Virus record (IMG/VR): IMGVR_UViG_3300025276_004419 | Coordinates: 66,027-130,026 of that record | Strand: one strand, 5' to 3' | Origin: a virus | DNA length: 64,000 nucleotides | Shown here: positions 17,336-27,817 of the stretch, piece after piece | Layout of the letters: each line of letters starts with the position of its first letter | Position numbering within the stretch: the first letter of the stretch is position 1 | The notes under the pieces: model-generated | The model's input: the letters and a program-made list of their open reading frames with translations, nothing else | Told to the model about the DNA's origin: nothing | Databases searched by the model: none | Made by a program: the position numbers and the translations under genes

Positions 17336-18947
17336 AATTATTGAATTCGGTCCAGAAGGACGTCAAAAATTGGTAAATGGGATTGATAAACTAGCAGATG
17401 CTGTTGTATCAACATTAGGTCCTAATGGTCGTAATGTAGTCATTTCAAATTCAGAAGGTTATCCCCAAAGCACTAAAGATGGTGTTACGGTTGCCAAATC
17501 TATTTCACTTAGTGATAATGTAGAAGAAACTGGTGTATCTTTAGTTAAACAAGCAGCTATTCAAACTGCTAACTTAGCAGGTGATGGTACTACAACTTCA
17601 ACTCTATTAGCACGTGAGATGGTAAAAGCAGGTCTTTCCCATCTTAACAATGGTGCTAATGCTGTTGAAATTAAACGTAGTATTGATACTGCTGTTAAAC
17701 AAGTAACTTCCCTTCTTAGACTTAATGCTGAAGATATCACTTCAGAAGAGCAACTAGAACAAATTGCTACTATATCAGCTAATAACGACCCAGAAGTAGG
17801 TAAGCTAATTGCTACTGCTATGAATTCAGTAGGACGTGAAGGTGTTGTTTACATTGAAGAGTCTAAATCAGGGGAAACTTATTTAGAAACAGTAGAAGGG
17901 TTACAATTTGATAGAGGTTTCAAATCACCTTATTTTGTAACTAATAATGCTAATATGTCAGCTGTATTAGACAAACCTTACATACTGATTGCTGATAGTA
18001 CTTTCACAAAAGTAAAAGAACTTCTTCCTGTATTGGAAGGTGTATCTGGAACTGGTCGCTCTCTTCTTATCATTGCTGAAGATATTGATAATGAAGCACT
18101 CGCAACACTTGTTGTAAACAAGATGCGTGGAACACTTGCTGTTTGTGCAGTTAAATCCCCAGAATTTGGAGATCGTCGCAAACTTATTTTAGATGATATT
18201 GCTACACTAACTGGTGGAGAAGTATTTAGCAAGGATAAAGGAATGAAACTTGATAAATTTTCTTGGGATTGGTTTGGTGAAGCTAGAACAATAACTGTAA
18301 CAAAAGAAACAACTACAATTGTAGATGGAAAAGGAGGAACAGAACGAATTGAAGCACGTATTGAAGAATTACAACAACAAATCGAACAAGCGGGATCGCC
18401 GTTCGAAACAGAAAAACTTCAAGAAAGGCTATCAAAGTTCATCGGAGGAGTGGGAATAATCCACGTTGGTGGTAACACTGAAACCGAAATGAAAGAGAAA
18501 AAAGATCGTGTAGACGATGCTTTAAATGCTACGAAAGCAGCTATTGAAGAAGGTATTGTACCTGGAGGTGGTGCTGCTTTACTTTATGCCCGTGAAGGTA
18601 TTGAGGATAGAACCACATTAGGATCACAAATTGTATATCATGCTTGTGGAAAACCATTTACTCAAATTCTCATTAATGCTGGTTATGAAGTAGTTAAAGC
18701 TGAAATGCTAGCTATGGATTTCAAAACCAGTGAAACGAATTGGGAAGGTTACAATCTTAAAACAGAAGAGACTGTAAATATGAAAGAAGCAGGCATTATC
18801 GACCCAGCTAAAGTAACTCGTACAGCACTAGAAAACGCAGCCTCAGTAGCAGGTACTATTCTATTAACTGAATGTGTTATAGTAGAAGATCCAGATAGTA
18901 AGGATGAAGTAGATCCTATGGCTGGAATGATGGGAGGAATGATGTAA
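17328..18947 (+). CDS. groEL: Chaperonin GroEL
   Basis: TLGPNGRNV, TKDGVTVAK, GDGTTTS, GLQFDRG, GIIDPAKV, GGM-rich tail. Confidence 0.97.
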   Translation: MSKIIEFGPEGRQKLVNGIDKLADAVVSTLGPNGRNVVISNSEGYPQSTKDGVTVAKSISLSDNVEETGVSLVKQAAIQTANLAGDGTTTSTLLAREMVKAGLSHLNNGANAVEIKRSIDTAVKQVTSLLRLNAEDITSEEQLEQIATISANNDPEVGKLIATAMNSVGREGVVYIEESKSGETYLETVEGLQFDRGFKSPYFVTNNANMSAVLDKPYILIADSTFTKVKELLPVLEGVSGTGRSLLIIAEDIDNEALATLVVNKMRGTLAVCAVKSPEFGDRRKLILDDIATLTGGEVFSKDKGMKLDKFSWDWFGEARTITVTKETTTIVDGKGGTERIEARIEELQQQIEQAGSPFETEKLQERLSKFIGGVGIIHVGGNTETEMKEKKDRVDDALNATKAAIEEGIVPGGGAALLYAREGIEDRTTLGSQIVYHACGKPFTQILINAGYEVVKAEMLAMDFKTSETNWEGYNLKTEETVNMKEAGIIDPAKVTRTALENAASVAGTILLTECVIVEDPDSKDEVDPMAGMMGGMM

Positions 18948-19204
18948 TGGAAAGTAAAATCGAAGAATTTTACGAATTGATTGCTAACAGAGTACCACCT
19001 GGAGACAGGTGGACTCTAGTTGGTGATAAAACCATATATAATTCTATTACTGAAGTTTTAGAAGCCTGGTTTGGTAAAACAGGTGAAAAAGCAGAATTTA
19101 AACTTGCCCCATTAGCAGGAAAATTGTATGTTATACGTACCGAAGAAATAGAAATAAAACCAGAACCACCTAAGAAATATAACCTATATGGTGACCGCGA
19201 CTAA
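18947..19204 (+). CDS. Hypothetical protein
   Basis: 85-aa coupled ORF. Confidence 0.75.
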   Translation: MESKIEEFYELIANRVPPGDRWTLVGDKTIYNSITEVLEAWFGKTGEKAEFKLAPLAGKLYVIRTEEIEIKPEPPKKYNLYGDRD

Positions 19205-20108
19205 AGATCATACATTACTAGTTGAAAAATATCGTTCTAAAACATTAGATAGTTATGTCGGAAACGAACACATTAAGAAGACCATTAAACAATATTTGGG
19301 TCAAAATGACATCCAAAACCTCATATTTTATGGTCCTGCTGGAACTGGTAAAACGACTTTGGCAAAACTCATTGTTAATAATCTCAATTGTGACTTTATT
19401 TACATTAACGCCTCTGATGAACGTGGTATTGAGACTATTCGGGATAAGGTCTCAGGATTCGCATCGACTGCCTCTTTCAAACCACTTAAAGTAGTTATTT
19501 TAGATGAGGCTGATTTTTTAACAATCCAAGCACAAGCTTCACTCCGTAATGTAATTGAGACATTTTCTCGTACTACCCGTTTTATTATGACGTGTAATTA
19601 TGTTGAGCGTATTATAGATCCATTACAATCACGTTGTCAAGTGCTTAAAATTATACCCCCATCAAAAGGAGATGTTGCTAAACATATTGCTTGGGTTTTA
19701 GGAGAAGAAAATACTAGCTTCGTAATAGGAGATATTAAAACAATTACCAACCAATACTACCCAGATTTACGTAAATGTCTTAATACTATTCAACTATCAA
19801 CTCAAGATAATAAATTAACAATAGATAAATCAGTACTTGTCTCTTCTAACTATATGACTCAAGTACTAAAAGAATTAAGTAATGCTAAACCCTTATGGCG
19901 AGAAATTAGACAAACGATCGCAAACGCTAATGTTCAGGATTTTGAGGAGTTGTATCGTTATCTTTACGATAATGCTTCTACCTACGCAAATGGAAGAGAA
20001 GGAATGGTTGCTGTTTATATCAACGAGTATAGTTATCAGTCTAATTTTCGTATCGATAAAGAAATCAACGCAATGGCGTTAATATCAAAATTAATTGAAT
20101 TAAAATAA
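19188..20108 (+). CDS. Clamp loader AAA+ subunit (RFC small/gp44-like)
   Basis: VEKYR, GPAGTGKTT, NASDERG, LDEAD, SRC. Confidence 0.93.
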   Translation: MVTATKDHTLLVEKYRSKTLDSYVGNEHIKKTIKQYLGQNDIQNLIFYGPAGTGKTTLAKLIVNNLNCDFIYINASDERGIETIRDKVSGFASTASFKPLKVVILDEADFLTIQAQASLRNVIETFSRTTRFIMTCNYVERIIDPLQSRCQVLKIIPPSKGDVAKHIAWVLGEENTSFVIGDIKTITNQYYPDLRKCLNTIQLSTQDNKLTIDKSVLVSSNYMTQVLKELSNAKPLWREIRQTIANANVQDFEELYRYLYDNASTYANGREGMVAVYINEYSYQSNFRIDKEINAMALISKLIELK

Positions 20109-20115
20109 ATAAACA

Positions 20116-20367
20116 ATGGATCAAGGAATGAATCAACCCAACATCGACCTTAAAAATACAGAGTCGGTAGAACACGAAAATGGAAAAGTATGGACTCAAG
20201 GATATATTATCCGTAAAGTTTCTAAATTTGTAGCAGGTACAGCTGAAGACGCTTATATGCCAATCCCAGTATTTTATGATGCTGTAAGCGGTGAAGTTTT
20301 ACAAGGTACACTACCAAAAGAGCTAAGAGATGAAGCAGGTGACAACCCTCTTCGAGTGGTTGAATGA
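20116..20367 (+). CDS. Hypothetical protein
   Basis: 83-aa ORF between clamp loader genes. Confidence 0.75.
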   Translation: MDQGMNQPNIDLKNTESVEHENGKVWTQGYIIRKVSKFVAGTAEDAYMPIPVFYDAVSGEVLQGTLPKELRDEAGDNPLRVVE

Positions 20368-20764
20368 GATAACTCTCTATAAAACAGCTCCGGAAGATAT
20401 TTCGCAAGATTCATGGGATAAATGGAACTCTTACATGATACATAGATATGTATCTATGAACATGGATTACATTGATGTAGTAAACTACGTTCAAAAGGTT
20501 AATCCACAAAGTAAGAAACAAATTTATTCCATTTATCGCGAAATGTTACCTAAAAGAAAAGTCTACCTCAAGTACGTAAAGAATCAAAACAAAAAAAATA
20601 ACCAAGAACTAGCAGAATATATTGCAGATTATCTAGAATGTAGTCTAGGAGAAGCAGATGAATATATTTATCTATTACAAGATACAGGTGTTAGAGATAT
20701 TTTATGGAAAATGGGAGTAGAAGAAGACGAAACCGAAAAGTTAATTAAAAAAGCAAAGTTATGA
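20330..20764 (+). CDS. Clamp loader subunit A (T4 gp62-like)
   Basis: LFEWLNEI...YMIHRYVSMN.DYIDVVN pattern; position after gp44-like gene. Confidence 0.65.
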   Translation: MKQVTTLFEWLNEITLYKTAPEDISQDSWDKWNSYMIHRYVSMNMDYIDVVNYVQKVNPQSKKQIYSIYREMLPKRKVYLKYVKNQNKKNNQELAEYIADYLECSLGEADEYIYLLQDTGVRDILWKMGVEEDETEKLIKKAKL

Positions 20765-20982
20765 GTACATTAAGAGATATGCTTTTTACCTCAGCACACG
20801 CTGATAGAGCTAAAGCACTTTTAACCCTAGACCTGTTAGAAAATCACCAAGCAGGAATTGGTGACCATTCAACAGATGATTTTTATAAGAATGCTGAAGA
20901 AGCTCTTGTTATGTTAGTAGAAGCTGATGATCGTTTAGAGGCGATTGAAAAGTATTTACAAGTCAAAAAACAAGTTATATAA
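20761..20982 (+). CDS. Hypothetical protein
   Basis: 73-aa coupled ORF. Confidence 0.75.
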   Translation: MSTLRDMLFTSAHADRAKALLTLDLLENHQAGIGDHSTDDFYKNAEEALVMLVEADDRLEAIEKYLQVKKQVI

Positions 20983-20985
20983 GTT

Positions 20986-21387
20986 ATGCCTGGAAAAAGT
21001 ATAGATGATCGAACGTTATGGAACGTAAACCCAGAAGATACAATTAAATATGGACTTCCGTCTACCGAAATTCTTAAAAGTGAGTATCCTCACATTTACT
21101 CTGGCTATATGGCTATCGTGGAAGAGCAGTTGGAGCTATTTAGCAAAAAGCACCTTGACTATGGTATGTCTAATATTAGTGCTGGTACTTTACTTGCTAC
21201 TGAAGAAGAAAGGTCTTTTGCTCTCACAGGGCTATGGTATAGAATAAGTGATAAAATCAGTAGATGGAAAAATCTATTAATTACTAACCAAGTTGTCAAT
21301 AATGAACCTTTAACGGACACATACCAGGATATTGTAAATTATGGTATTATAGCTCAATTAGTAGAGCGGGGTTTGTGGAAAAAGTAA
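20986..21387 (+). CDS. DUF1599 / nucleotide-modification-associated domain protein
   Basis: KHLDYG, RISDKISR, DTYQDIVNYGII. Confidence 0.75.
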   Translation: MPGKSIDDRTLWNVNPEDTIKYGLPSTEILKSEYPHIYSGYMAIVEEQLELFSKKHLDYGMSNISAGTLLATEEERSFALTGLWYRISDKISRWKNLLITNQVVNNEPLTDTYQDIVNYGIIAQLVERGLWKK

Positions 21388-21390
21388 AAG

Positions 21391-22755
21391 ATGAAAAAAT
21401 TAGTTTTATTTGATTTAGATGGAGTTATAGTTGATACTAAACAAGTCCACTTTGAAGCGCTAAACGACGCTATCTCTCAGGTAGATCCAAAATACACCAT
21501 TACTGAAGCAGAACACGTTTCTCGCTATGATGGGTTAAAAACTTTAACTAAACTTAATATGTTAAGTGAGGAAAAAGGTTTACTCTATACAGATCACCAA
21601 GAAATCTATAAGTACAAGCAAGAACTAACAATAAAACATTTCTCTAAAATTCCTACTAGTGAAAGAATGAGAAATATTTTTAAAACTCTTCGTGAAGATG
21701 GTTATCTAGTAGGTTGTTGTACTAATTGTATTCGTAGGACAGCCTTAGTAGCCCTTTCTAAAGTAGGTGTTATTGAATATTTAGATGTTATTATTACAAA
21801 TGACGACGTCAAAAACCCAAAACCACACCCTGAAATTTATTGGAAAGCAATGTCTATGATGAGTTGTCTACCTGAAGAAACTTTAATTATTGAAGATTCC
21901 CCACAAGGTTTATTATCAGCAACTCGTAGTAAAGCAGACGTAATTAGGGTAGATAACTCATCTCACGTATCTTTAGATAAAATCTATAAACGACTAAAAA
22001 CAAAGAAAAAGATTATGAACAAATGGCACGATGAAAAAATGAACGTATTGATCCCTATGGCTGGAGCAGGTTCTAGATTTGAAAAGGTAGGATATTCATT
22101 CCCAAAACCTTTAATTGATGTCAAAGGTAAACCAATGATTCATCTTGTAGCTGATATGTTAAATTTAGATGCTAATTTTATTTATATAGTTCAAAAATCT
22201 CATAGGGAAAAATACCAACTCGATACTTTACTCAATTTAATTACGCCAAATTGTAAAATTGTAGAGGTTGATGGGTTAACAGAGGGAGCAGCATGTACTA
22301 CTTTACTTGCTAAAGAACTTATTAATAATGATTCCCCATTAATACTATCCAATTCAGATCAGTTTATTGATTGGGATTCTACAGAGTTCATGTATAAAAT
22401 GAATGAGAAAGATTTTGATGGTGGTATTATTTGTTTTCCTGCTACTCACCCAAAATGGTCATTTGCTAAAACCGATGAAAATGGAATTATTAGTGAAGTA
22501 GCAGAAAAGAACCCAATTTCAGATCAAGCTACAGCAGGTATTTACTATTGGAAGCGTGGATCAGATTATGTTAAATATACTGAACAAATGATTGAAAAAA
22601 ATATTCGTGTAAATAATGAATTTTACGTTTGTCCTGTATATAATGAAGCAATTGAAGATGGTAAAATAATTTATAACCACTCTATACCAGCAGAAAATAT
22701 GTGGGGTTTAGGAACACCTGAAGATTTGACCTATTATCTTGAAAATTTCAAGTAA
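21391..22755 (+). CDS. Fused HAD phosphatase + sugar nucleotidyltransferase
   Basis: FDLDGV, KPHPEIY, IIEDS (HAD); IPMAGAGSRF, PKPLI, TEGAACT, NSDQ (nucleotidyltransferase). Confidence 0.88.
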   Translation: MKKLVLFDLDGVIVDTKQVHFEALNDAISQVDPKYTITEAEHVSRYDGLKTLTKLNMLSEEKGLLYTDHQEIYKYKQELTIKHFSKIPTSERMRNIFKTLREDGYLVGCCTNCIRRTALVALSKVGVIEYLDVIITNDDVKNPKPHPEIYWKAMSMMSCLPEETLIIEDSPQGLLSATRSKADVIRVDNSSHVSLDKIYKRLKTKKKIMNKWHDEKMNVLIPMAGAGSRFEKVGYSFPKPLIDVKGKPMIHLVADMLNLDANFIYIVQKSHREKYQLDTLLNLITPNCKIVEVDGLTEGAACTTLLAKELINNDSPLILSNSDQFIDWDSTEFMYKMNEKDFDGGIICFPATHPKWSFAKTDENGIISEVAEKNPISDQATAGIYYWKRGSDYVKYTEQMIEKNIRVNNEFYVCPVYNEAIEDGKIIYNHSIPAENMWGLGTPEDLTYYLENFK

Positions 22756-23520
22756 ATGAAAGTAGCTATTTGCATTAGTGGTCAACCTCGTAATTATGAA
22801 AAAGGTTATCTTGAACTAAAAAAATGGTTTTTAGATAAATATGATTGTGATGTATACCTTCATACTTGGAAAGATAATTCTCCTATGGAGGCAGGTCATA
22901 AATTTGCCCAAGAAAGACAATATGAGTTTACTGATGCAGATTATGATAATATTATAGAATTATATAATCCTAAAACATGGCATTTCCAATCTCCAATCCC
23001 ATTTGATACTACCGATATTAAAGGAGAGCATTTAAATTATAAATTAAATAGTTTATTAAGTGCTTCATATTCTATCCATGCATGTTATAATTTAGTTAGA
23101 AAATGGGGGGTTGAATATGACTTAATTATTAGAACTAGATTTGACCTAGAATTTACAGATTATATCTCCCCAGAATGTTTATTTTTAAAAGACCTTAGTT
23201 TATTAGACCCTAATAAATTAAATGTATTTGAATATCCATTAACAAATGGTGGTCATCAAACCAGACACTCAGAGGTAGATGATTTATTTGCCGTAAGTTC
23301 ACCTAAAATCGCGGGTATTTACGCTGATTACTTTACATATGCTATATCCTACATTTATATGGATGATGCGTATAAATCCTGGTTAAATACAGTAATTTCA
23401 GAAAATCCAGACCCAATTCACCCTGAAAGTGTATTGAAGTACCATTTAATTTCTAATGGGGTAGAAATAAATTACATTAAAAGTTTAACAGAACATTTTA
23501 CAGCTAATCTACTAAGATGA
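22756..23520 (+). CDS. Putative glycosyltransferase-like protein
   Basis: VAICISGQPR, YDLIIRTRFD; location in sugar island. Confidence 0.5.
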   Translation: MKVAICISGQPRNYEKGYLELKKWFLDKYDCDVYLHTWKDNSPMEAGHKFAQERQYEFTDADYDNIIELYNPKTWHFQSPIPFDTTDIKGEHLNYKLNSLLSASYSIHACYNLVRKWGVEYDLIIRTRFDLEFTDYISPECLFLKDLSLLDPNKLNVFEYPLTNGGHQTRHSEVDDLFAVSSPKIAGIYADYFTYAISYIYMDDAYKSWLNTVISENPDPIHPESVLKYHLISNGVEINYIKSLTEHFTANLLR

Positions 23521-23957
23521 AATTAATATCACATAGAGGTAACCTTACAGGTCCTAACCCAGAACGAGAAAACAACCCAGATTATATTTGGGAAGCTATA
23601 CAAGCTGGATATGACGTAGAAATTGATGTTTGGTGGGTAGATGGTAAATTTAAATTAGGTCATGATGAACCTAAATACCATTTCCCATTTAGTTTAATTG
23701 AAAGACATTATAGTAAACTTTGGATTCATTGTAAAAATATGGATGCTTTATCTCAATTAAATGAATTAGATAGCAGTGGTCTTAAAGTAAATTATTTTTC
23801 TCACGAAAATGACCTTGGAGTCCTAACCTCTCGTGGTTATATTTGGTCAACAAATGTATATAAACGAGGTATTTTAGTATTACCTGAATTTTTTGCTACT
23901 GACCCAACTGAAGATACATTAGGTATTTGTAGTGACTATATAAAAACTTATAAATAA
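23517..23957 (+). CDS. Short GDPD/PI-PLC-like phosphodiesterase
   Basis: ISHRGN, EN, DVEIDVW, LWIHCKN. Confidence 0.7.
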   Translation: MKLISHRGNLTGPNPERENNPDYIWEAIQAGYDVEIDVWWVDGKFKLGHDEPKYHFPFSLIERHYSKLWIHCKNMDALSQLNELDSSGLKVNYFSHENDLGVLTSRGYIWSTNVYKRGILVLPEFFATDPTEDTLGICSDYIKTYK

Positions 23958-24601
23958 TGGCAAACGGGATTTACAAAATTACAGAAGATTTTGAAAAAGC
24001 ACTAGCAGATTATACGGGTGCTAAGTACGCTATAACCTTAGATAATATGTCTAATGGTTTATTCCTTGCTCTATATTACGAGCATTATGTAAATAAAAGT
24101 ATCAAAACCGATACTATTACTATCCCAAATAGAACATATCCTTCAGTTCCATGTGAAATTATCCATGCTGGTTTAAAAGTAGGATGGAATACCGTTAACG
24201 GGGAAACATTAACGGGAGCTTACCCGTTAGAGGGTTCTAATGTATGGGATTCTGCTTTAACATTTACAGCAGATATGTACAAACCTAAAACACATATGTG
24301 TGTTTCATTTACAGGTCCTTATAAACATTTTAAATTAAGCAAAGGTGGGGCGATTTTAACTGATGATTTAAAAGCATACCATTGGTTTAAACGCGCTCGT
24401 TACTCAGGTAGACGTGAATGTTCTTATCATGATGATAATTTAGATATGATAGGTTGGAACTTTTATATGATGCCTGAATTAGCGGCTCGTGGTTTATTAC
24501 TTATGAACCAGTTTTATAATATGGATGGTAGTAAAAAACACCAAGAAGATTTAACATTACCTTACCCTGATTTATCACAATTTAAAGTATATCAACAATG
24601 A
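23957..24601 (+). CDS. Minimal DegT/DnrJ/EryC1/StrS-type PLP aminotransferase
   Basis: FEKALADYTG, WDSA, SFTGPYKH...GGAILTD, IGWNFYM; only 214 aa. Confidence 0.75.
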   Translation: MANGIYKITEDFEKALADYTGAKYAITLDNMSNGLFLALYYEHYVNKSIKTDTITIPNRTYPSVPCEIIHAGLKVGWNTVNGETLTGAYPLEGSNVWDSALTFTADMYKPKTHMCVSFTGPYKHFKLSKGGAILTDDLKAYHWFKRARYSGRRECSYHDDNLDMIGWNFYMMPELAARGLLLMNQFYNMDGSKKHQEDLTLPYPDLSQFKVYQQ

Positions 24602-25185
24602 AACTAGCATTATTTGGATACGGAGGACATGCCCGTGAAGTAGCTTGTCAAATAGATCAAGAAATTACGTTTTTCGTAGATAATAAATACGCAAACGAAA
24701 TAGCCAAACCTATATCAGAGTTTAACCCTGAAGAATATGTTATGATGGTTGCTGTAGCAGATTCTAAAGAAAGAGCTAAAATTGTACGCAAATTACCTAA
24801 AGAAACTAAATACTTTACATTCATCCACCCATCAGCCCTAATTTTAGATGATAATATCCAATTAGGTTTTGGTAGTTTTATTGGTGCTAATTCAGTTCTT
24901 ACTACTAATATTAATTTGGGTAATCATACCCTCTTAAATCGAGGTAATCACGTTGGACATGATGTAAAAGCAGGTAACTTTTTTAGTATGATGCCTAATG
25001 CTGTTGTGGGAGGTAATGTAACTATGGGTGATAACGTTTACTTAGGAAGTTGTAGTAATATTAGAGAAAAAATTACAATTACTTCTAACATTATAATAGG
25101 AATGAATGCTGCTGTTGTTAAAAACATTACTAAAAAAGGGGTATATGTTGGGGTACCTGCTAAAAAAATTAAATGGAAGATTTAA
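24598..25185 (+). CDS. NeuD/PglD-like sugar acetyltransferase (hexapeptide repeat)
   Basis: LFGYGGHAREV, IHPSA, GHD, YVGVPAK. Confidence 0.9.
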   Translation: MKLALFGYGGHAREVACQIDQEITFFVDNKYANEIAKPISEFNPEEYVMMVAVADSKERAKIVRKLPKETKYFTFIHPSALILDDNIQLGFGSFIGANSVLTTNINLGNHTLLNRGNHVGHDVKAGNFFSMMPNAVVGGNVTMGDNVYLGSCSNIREKITITSNIIIGMNAAVVKNITKKGVYVGVPAKKIKWKI

Positions 25186-26183
25186 TTTTAATTTCGGCTT
25201 ATTGCAATACTAAAGAAAAAGAAGAAATACTTCGTAATTTAGTAACTCAAATTAATACCCAATCTCAAAATTTGGATATAATGGTGGTATCTCATACACC
25301 TATACCTTTAGATATTCAAGATAAATGTAATTATTCATTTTACGATAGTAAAAATGAATTACTATACGATTGGGATTTAAGAAGCAAACCATGGTTTGAC
25401 CCAGGTAATGAACGACCTATTCTCTCATGCCTCACTGCTCACTATAATACCCATCTAGCTGTTTGGAGGTTAATTATTTTAGGAAATTCAATAGCCTCTC
25501 ATTTAAAATATAATAAAGTCCACCATATAGAATATGATAGTGATATTCAAGACTTCTCGGAAATATATGATAATTCCAAACTCTTAGATACATACGATTG
25601 TGTTGTATATAATAAACAAGAATACACTGTAGATGATGTATTATTTGGTACATACCAGTCTTATAGATTAGACACTCTACACCCAGAACTATTAAACTTA
25701 GATGAGGAAAATATTAAATCTCAAATAAAGAATTCCCCACATAGATCACCAGAGACAATGCTTAGGAATTTATTATACCATACAAATAATTATTTAGTTA
25801 AACCTAAAAGTGTATTAGATGTAAATAATTTCTTTGGACTTAGTCATGTAGAAGAAGATAAAGGAACAGCATGGTGTTTACCTTATTATGACAAGTTAAC
25901 TGATACTCTAGAATTTATTGTATGGAATATGGAAGGGTTATCTGATACAGACGTAACCCTTGTATATAATAAAAATCAAACAATAGATTTGGGTACAACA
26001 AAACCCAAACTTTGGAAATCTTACTCATTAGGTAAATACGATGATGCGAGCACATTAATGGTATTATTAAATAATAAAATAAGAGATATCTATAACTTTG
26101 ATTCCTACAGAGAAGTATTTAAATTAAATAGTTATAGAGAAAGTAGTAAAAGAATAGTTACAGAGAAAGTAGTAAAAGAATAG
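25173..26183 (+). CDS. Hypothetical protein, possible glycosyltransferase
   Basis: 336 aa in sugar island; HHIEYDS. Confidence 0.45.
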   Translation: MEDLILISAYCNTKEKEEILRNLVTQINTQSQNLDIMVVSHTPIPLDIQDKCNYSFYDSKNELLYDWDLRSKPWFDPGNERPILSCLTAHYNTHLAVWRLIILGNSIASHLKYNKVHHIEYDSDIQDFSEIYDNSKLLDTYDCVVYNKQEYTVDDVLFGTYQSYRLDTLHPELLNLDEENIKSQIKNSPHRSPETMLRNLLYHTNNYLVKPKSVLDVNNFFGLSHVEEDKGTAWCLPYYDKLTDTLEFIVWNMEGLSDTDVTLVYNKNQTIDLGTTKPKLWKSYSLGKYDDASTLMVLLNNKIRDIYNFDSYREVFKLNSYRESSKRIVTEKVVKE

Positions 26184-26213
26184 TTACACCACAATAAATA
26201 AAATTTATATAAT

Positions 26214-27407
26214 ATGTTTAGCCCAGAAAACAAAATCCCATTATTTAAGGTATTCATGGCCGACACAGCTGCTGAAGAAGTCACTAAAATACTTAATAGT
26301 GGTTACATAGGTCAAGGTCCCAAAGTCGATGAATTTGAAAATAATTTACAAAATTACTTTGATCATGATTATATACAAACTGTAAACGCTGGTACATCAG
26401 CTTTACACTTAGCATTGCATCTGCTCAAAAAACCAGCAACACATAAACAAAACTTTGATGGTGTAGCTTTTTGGGATCAAAAATGGCCGGGTTTAGAACC
26501 TGGAGATGAAGTTTTAGCAACAGCTATGACTTGTACAGCTTCAAATTGGCCTGTATTAGCAAATGGTTTAAAACTCAAATGGGTTGACATTGACCCAGAT
26601 ACATTAAACATGGATCTTGATGATTTAATGCGAAAAATCACACCTAAAACTAAAGTAATTATGTTAGTTCACTGGGGTGGGTATCCTAATGATTTAGATC
26701 GTATAAAAGAAATACAAGAAAGAGCATATCAAATGTATGGTTTTAGACCTGCAGTAATAGAAGACGGAGCACATTCATTTGGTTCAGAGTATAAGGGTAA
26801 ACGAATTGGAAATCATGGTAATTTAACTATGTTCTCACTTCAAGCTATTAAACATATTACATCAATTGATGGTGGTGTTTTGAGTTCACCCCATAAAGAA
26901 CTTCACCAACGAGGTAAATTAATCCGTTGGTATGGTATTGATAGAGATGGTGATAGAAAAGATTTCCGTTGTGAGGCTGATATTGAAGAATGGGGTTATA
27001 AATTCCATATGAACGATGTTTGTGCTACTGTAGGTATTGAAAATCTAAAACATGCTGATGATATTATCTCTAAACATAGAGAAAATGCTGCCTATTACGA
27101 TAAGCATTTACAAAATATTGATAAAGTTACTTTATTAAAACGTGAAGAAGGATTTGACTCTGCATTTTGGATTTATTCCTTAAAAGTAGAAGATAGAGCT
27201 AAATTCTATAAATACATGGATAAATGTGGTATTGCCGTATCTCAAGTTCACGAACGTAATGATAAGCATACTTGTGTTAGAGAATTCCAAACAAATCTCC
27301 CATCACTAGATGCTACAATGGATAAAATAGTATCAATCCCAGTTGGTTGGTGGTTAACACCTGAAGAGAGAGAATATATTGTAGAGTGTATTAAAAAAGG
27401 ATGGTAA
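26214..27407 (+). CDS. DegT/DnrJ/EryC1/StrS sugar aminotransferase
   Basis: NAGTSALHLAL, LVHWGG, IEDGAHS, FSLQAIKHITSIDGG. Confidence 0.92.
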   Translation: MFSPENKIPLFKVFMADTAAEEVTKILNSGYIGQGPKVDEFENNLQNYFDHDYIQTVNAGTSALHLALHLLKKPATHKQNFDGVAFWDQKWPGLEPGDEVLATAMTCTASNWPVLANGLKLKWVDIDPDTLNMDLDDLMRKITPKTKVIMLVHWGGYPNDLDRIKEIQERAYQMYGFRPAVIEDGAHSFGSEYKGKRIGNHGNLTMFSLQAIKHITSIDGGVLSSPHKELHQRGKLIRWYGIDRDGDRKDFRCEADIEEWGYKFHMNDVCATVGIENLKHADDIISKHRENAAYYDKHLQNIDKVTLLKREEGFDSAFWIYSLKVEDRAKFYKYMDKCGIAVSQVHERNDKHTCVREFQTNLPSLDATMDKIVSIPVGWWLTPEEREYIVECIKKGW

Positions 27408-27817
27408 CATTAAGACTTTTAACTGAAAATGATTTATCTTTTTTACTAGAAGTAAGAAATGATGAATCAACACGTCAATTTTTAGAACATGATTCTAAAT
27501 TTACTTTAAAAGAAGCTTTAAAATGGTTTAGGGATGGTCAACCCGAATGGTTTATTGTTGAAGTAAATCTAATACCTGTAGGTTATATTAGAACTCTTGA
27601 TAATGAGGTTGGATGTGATATCCACCCAGATTTTAGAAAAAAAGGATATGCTAAAATGGCTTACGAACTTTATTTACAAGATAAAGATTATGCTTCACTA
27701 TGGGTATTTGAAGACAACTTTGCTGTAAAATTATATGAAAAACTAGGATTTACTCCTACAGGAAATTCTAGAATAGTAAGAGATAGAAATTATATTAAAA
27801 TGGAATATCATGGATAG
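27401..27817 (+). CDS. GNAT N-acetyltransferase (PseH-like)
   Basis: IHPDFRKKGYA acetyl-CoA loop, AVKLYEKLGF. Confidence 0.85.
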   Translation: MVTLRLLTENDLSFLLEVRNDESTRQFLEHDSKFTLKEALKWFRDGQPEWFIVEVNLIPVGYIRTLDNEVGCDIHPDFRKKGYAKMAYELYLQDKDYASLWVFEDNFAVKLYEKLGFTPTGNSRIVRDRNYIKMEYHG

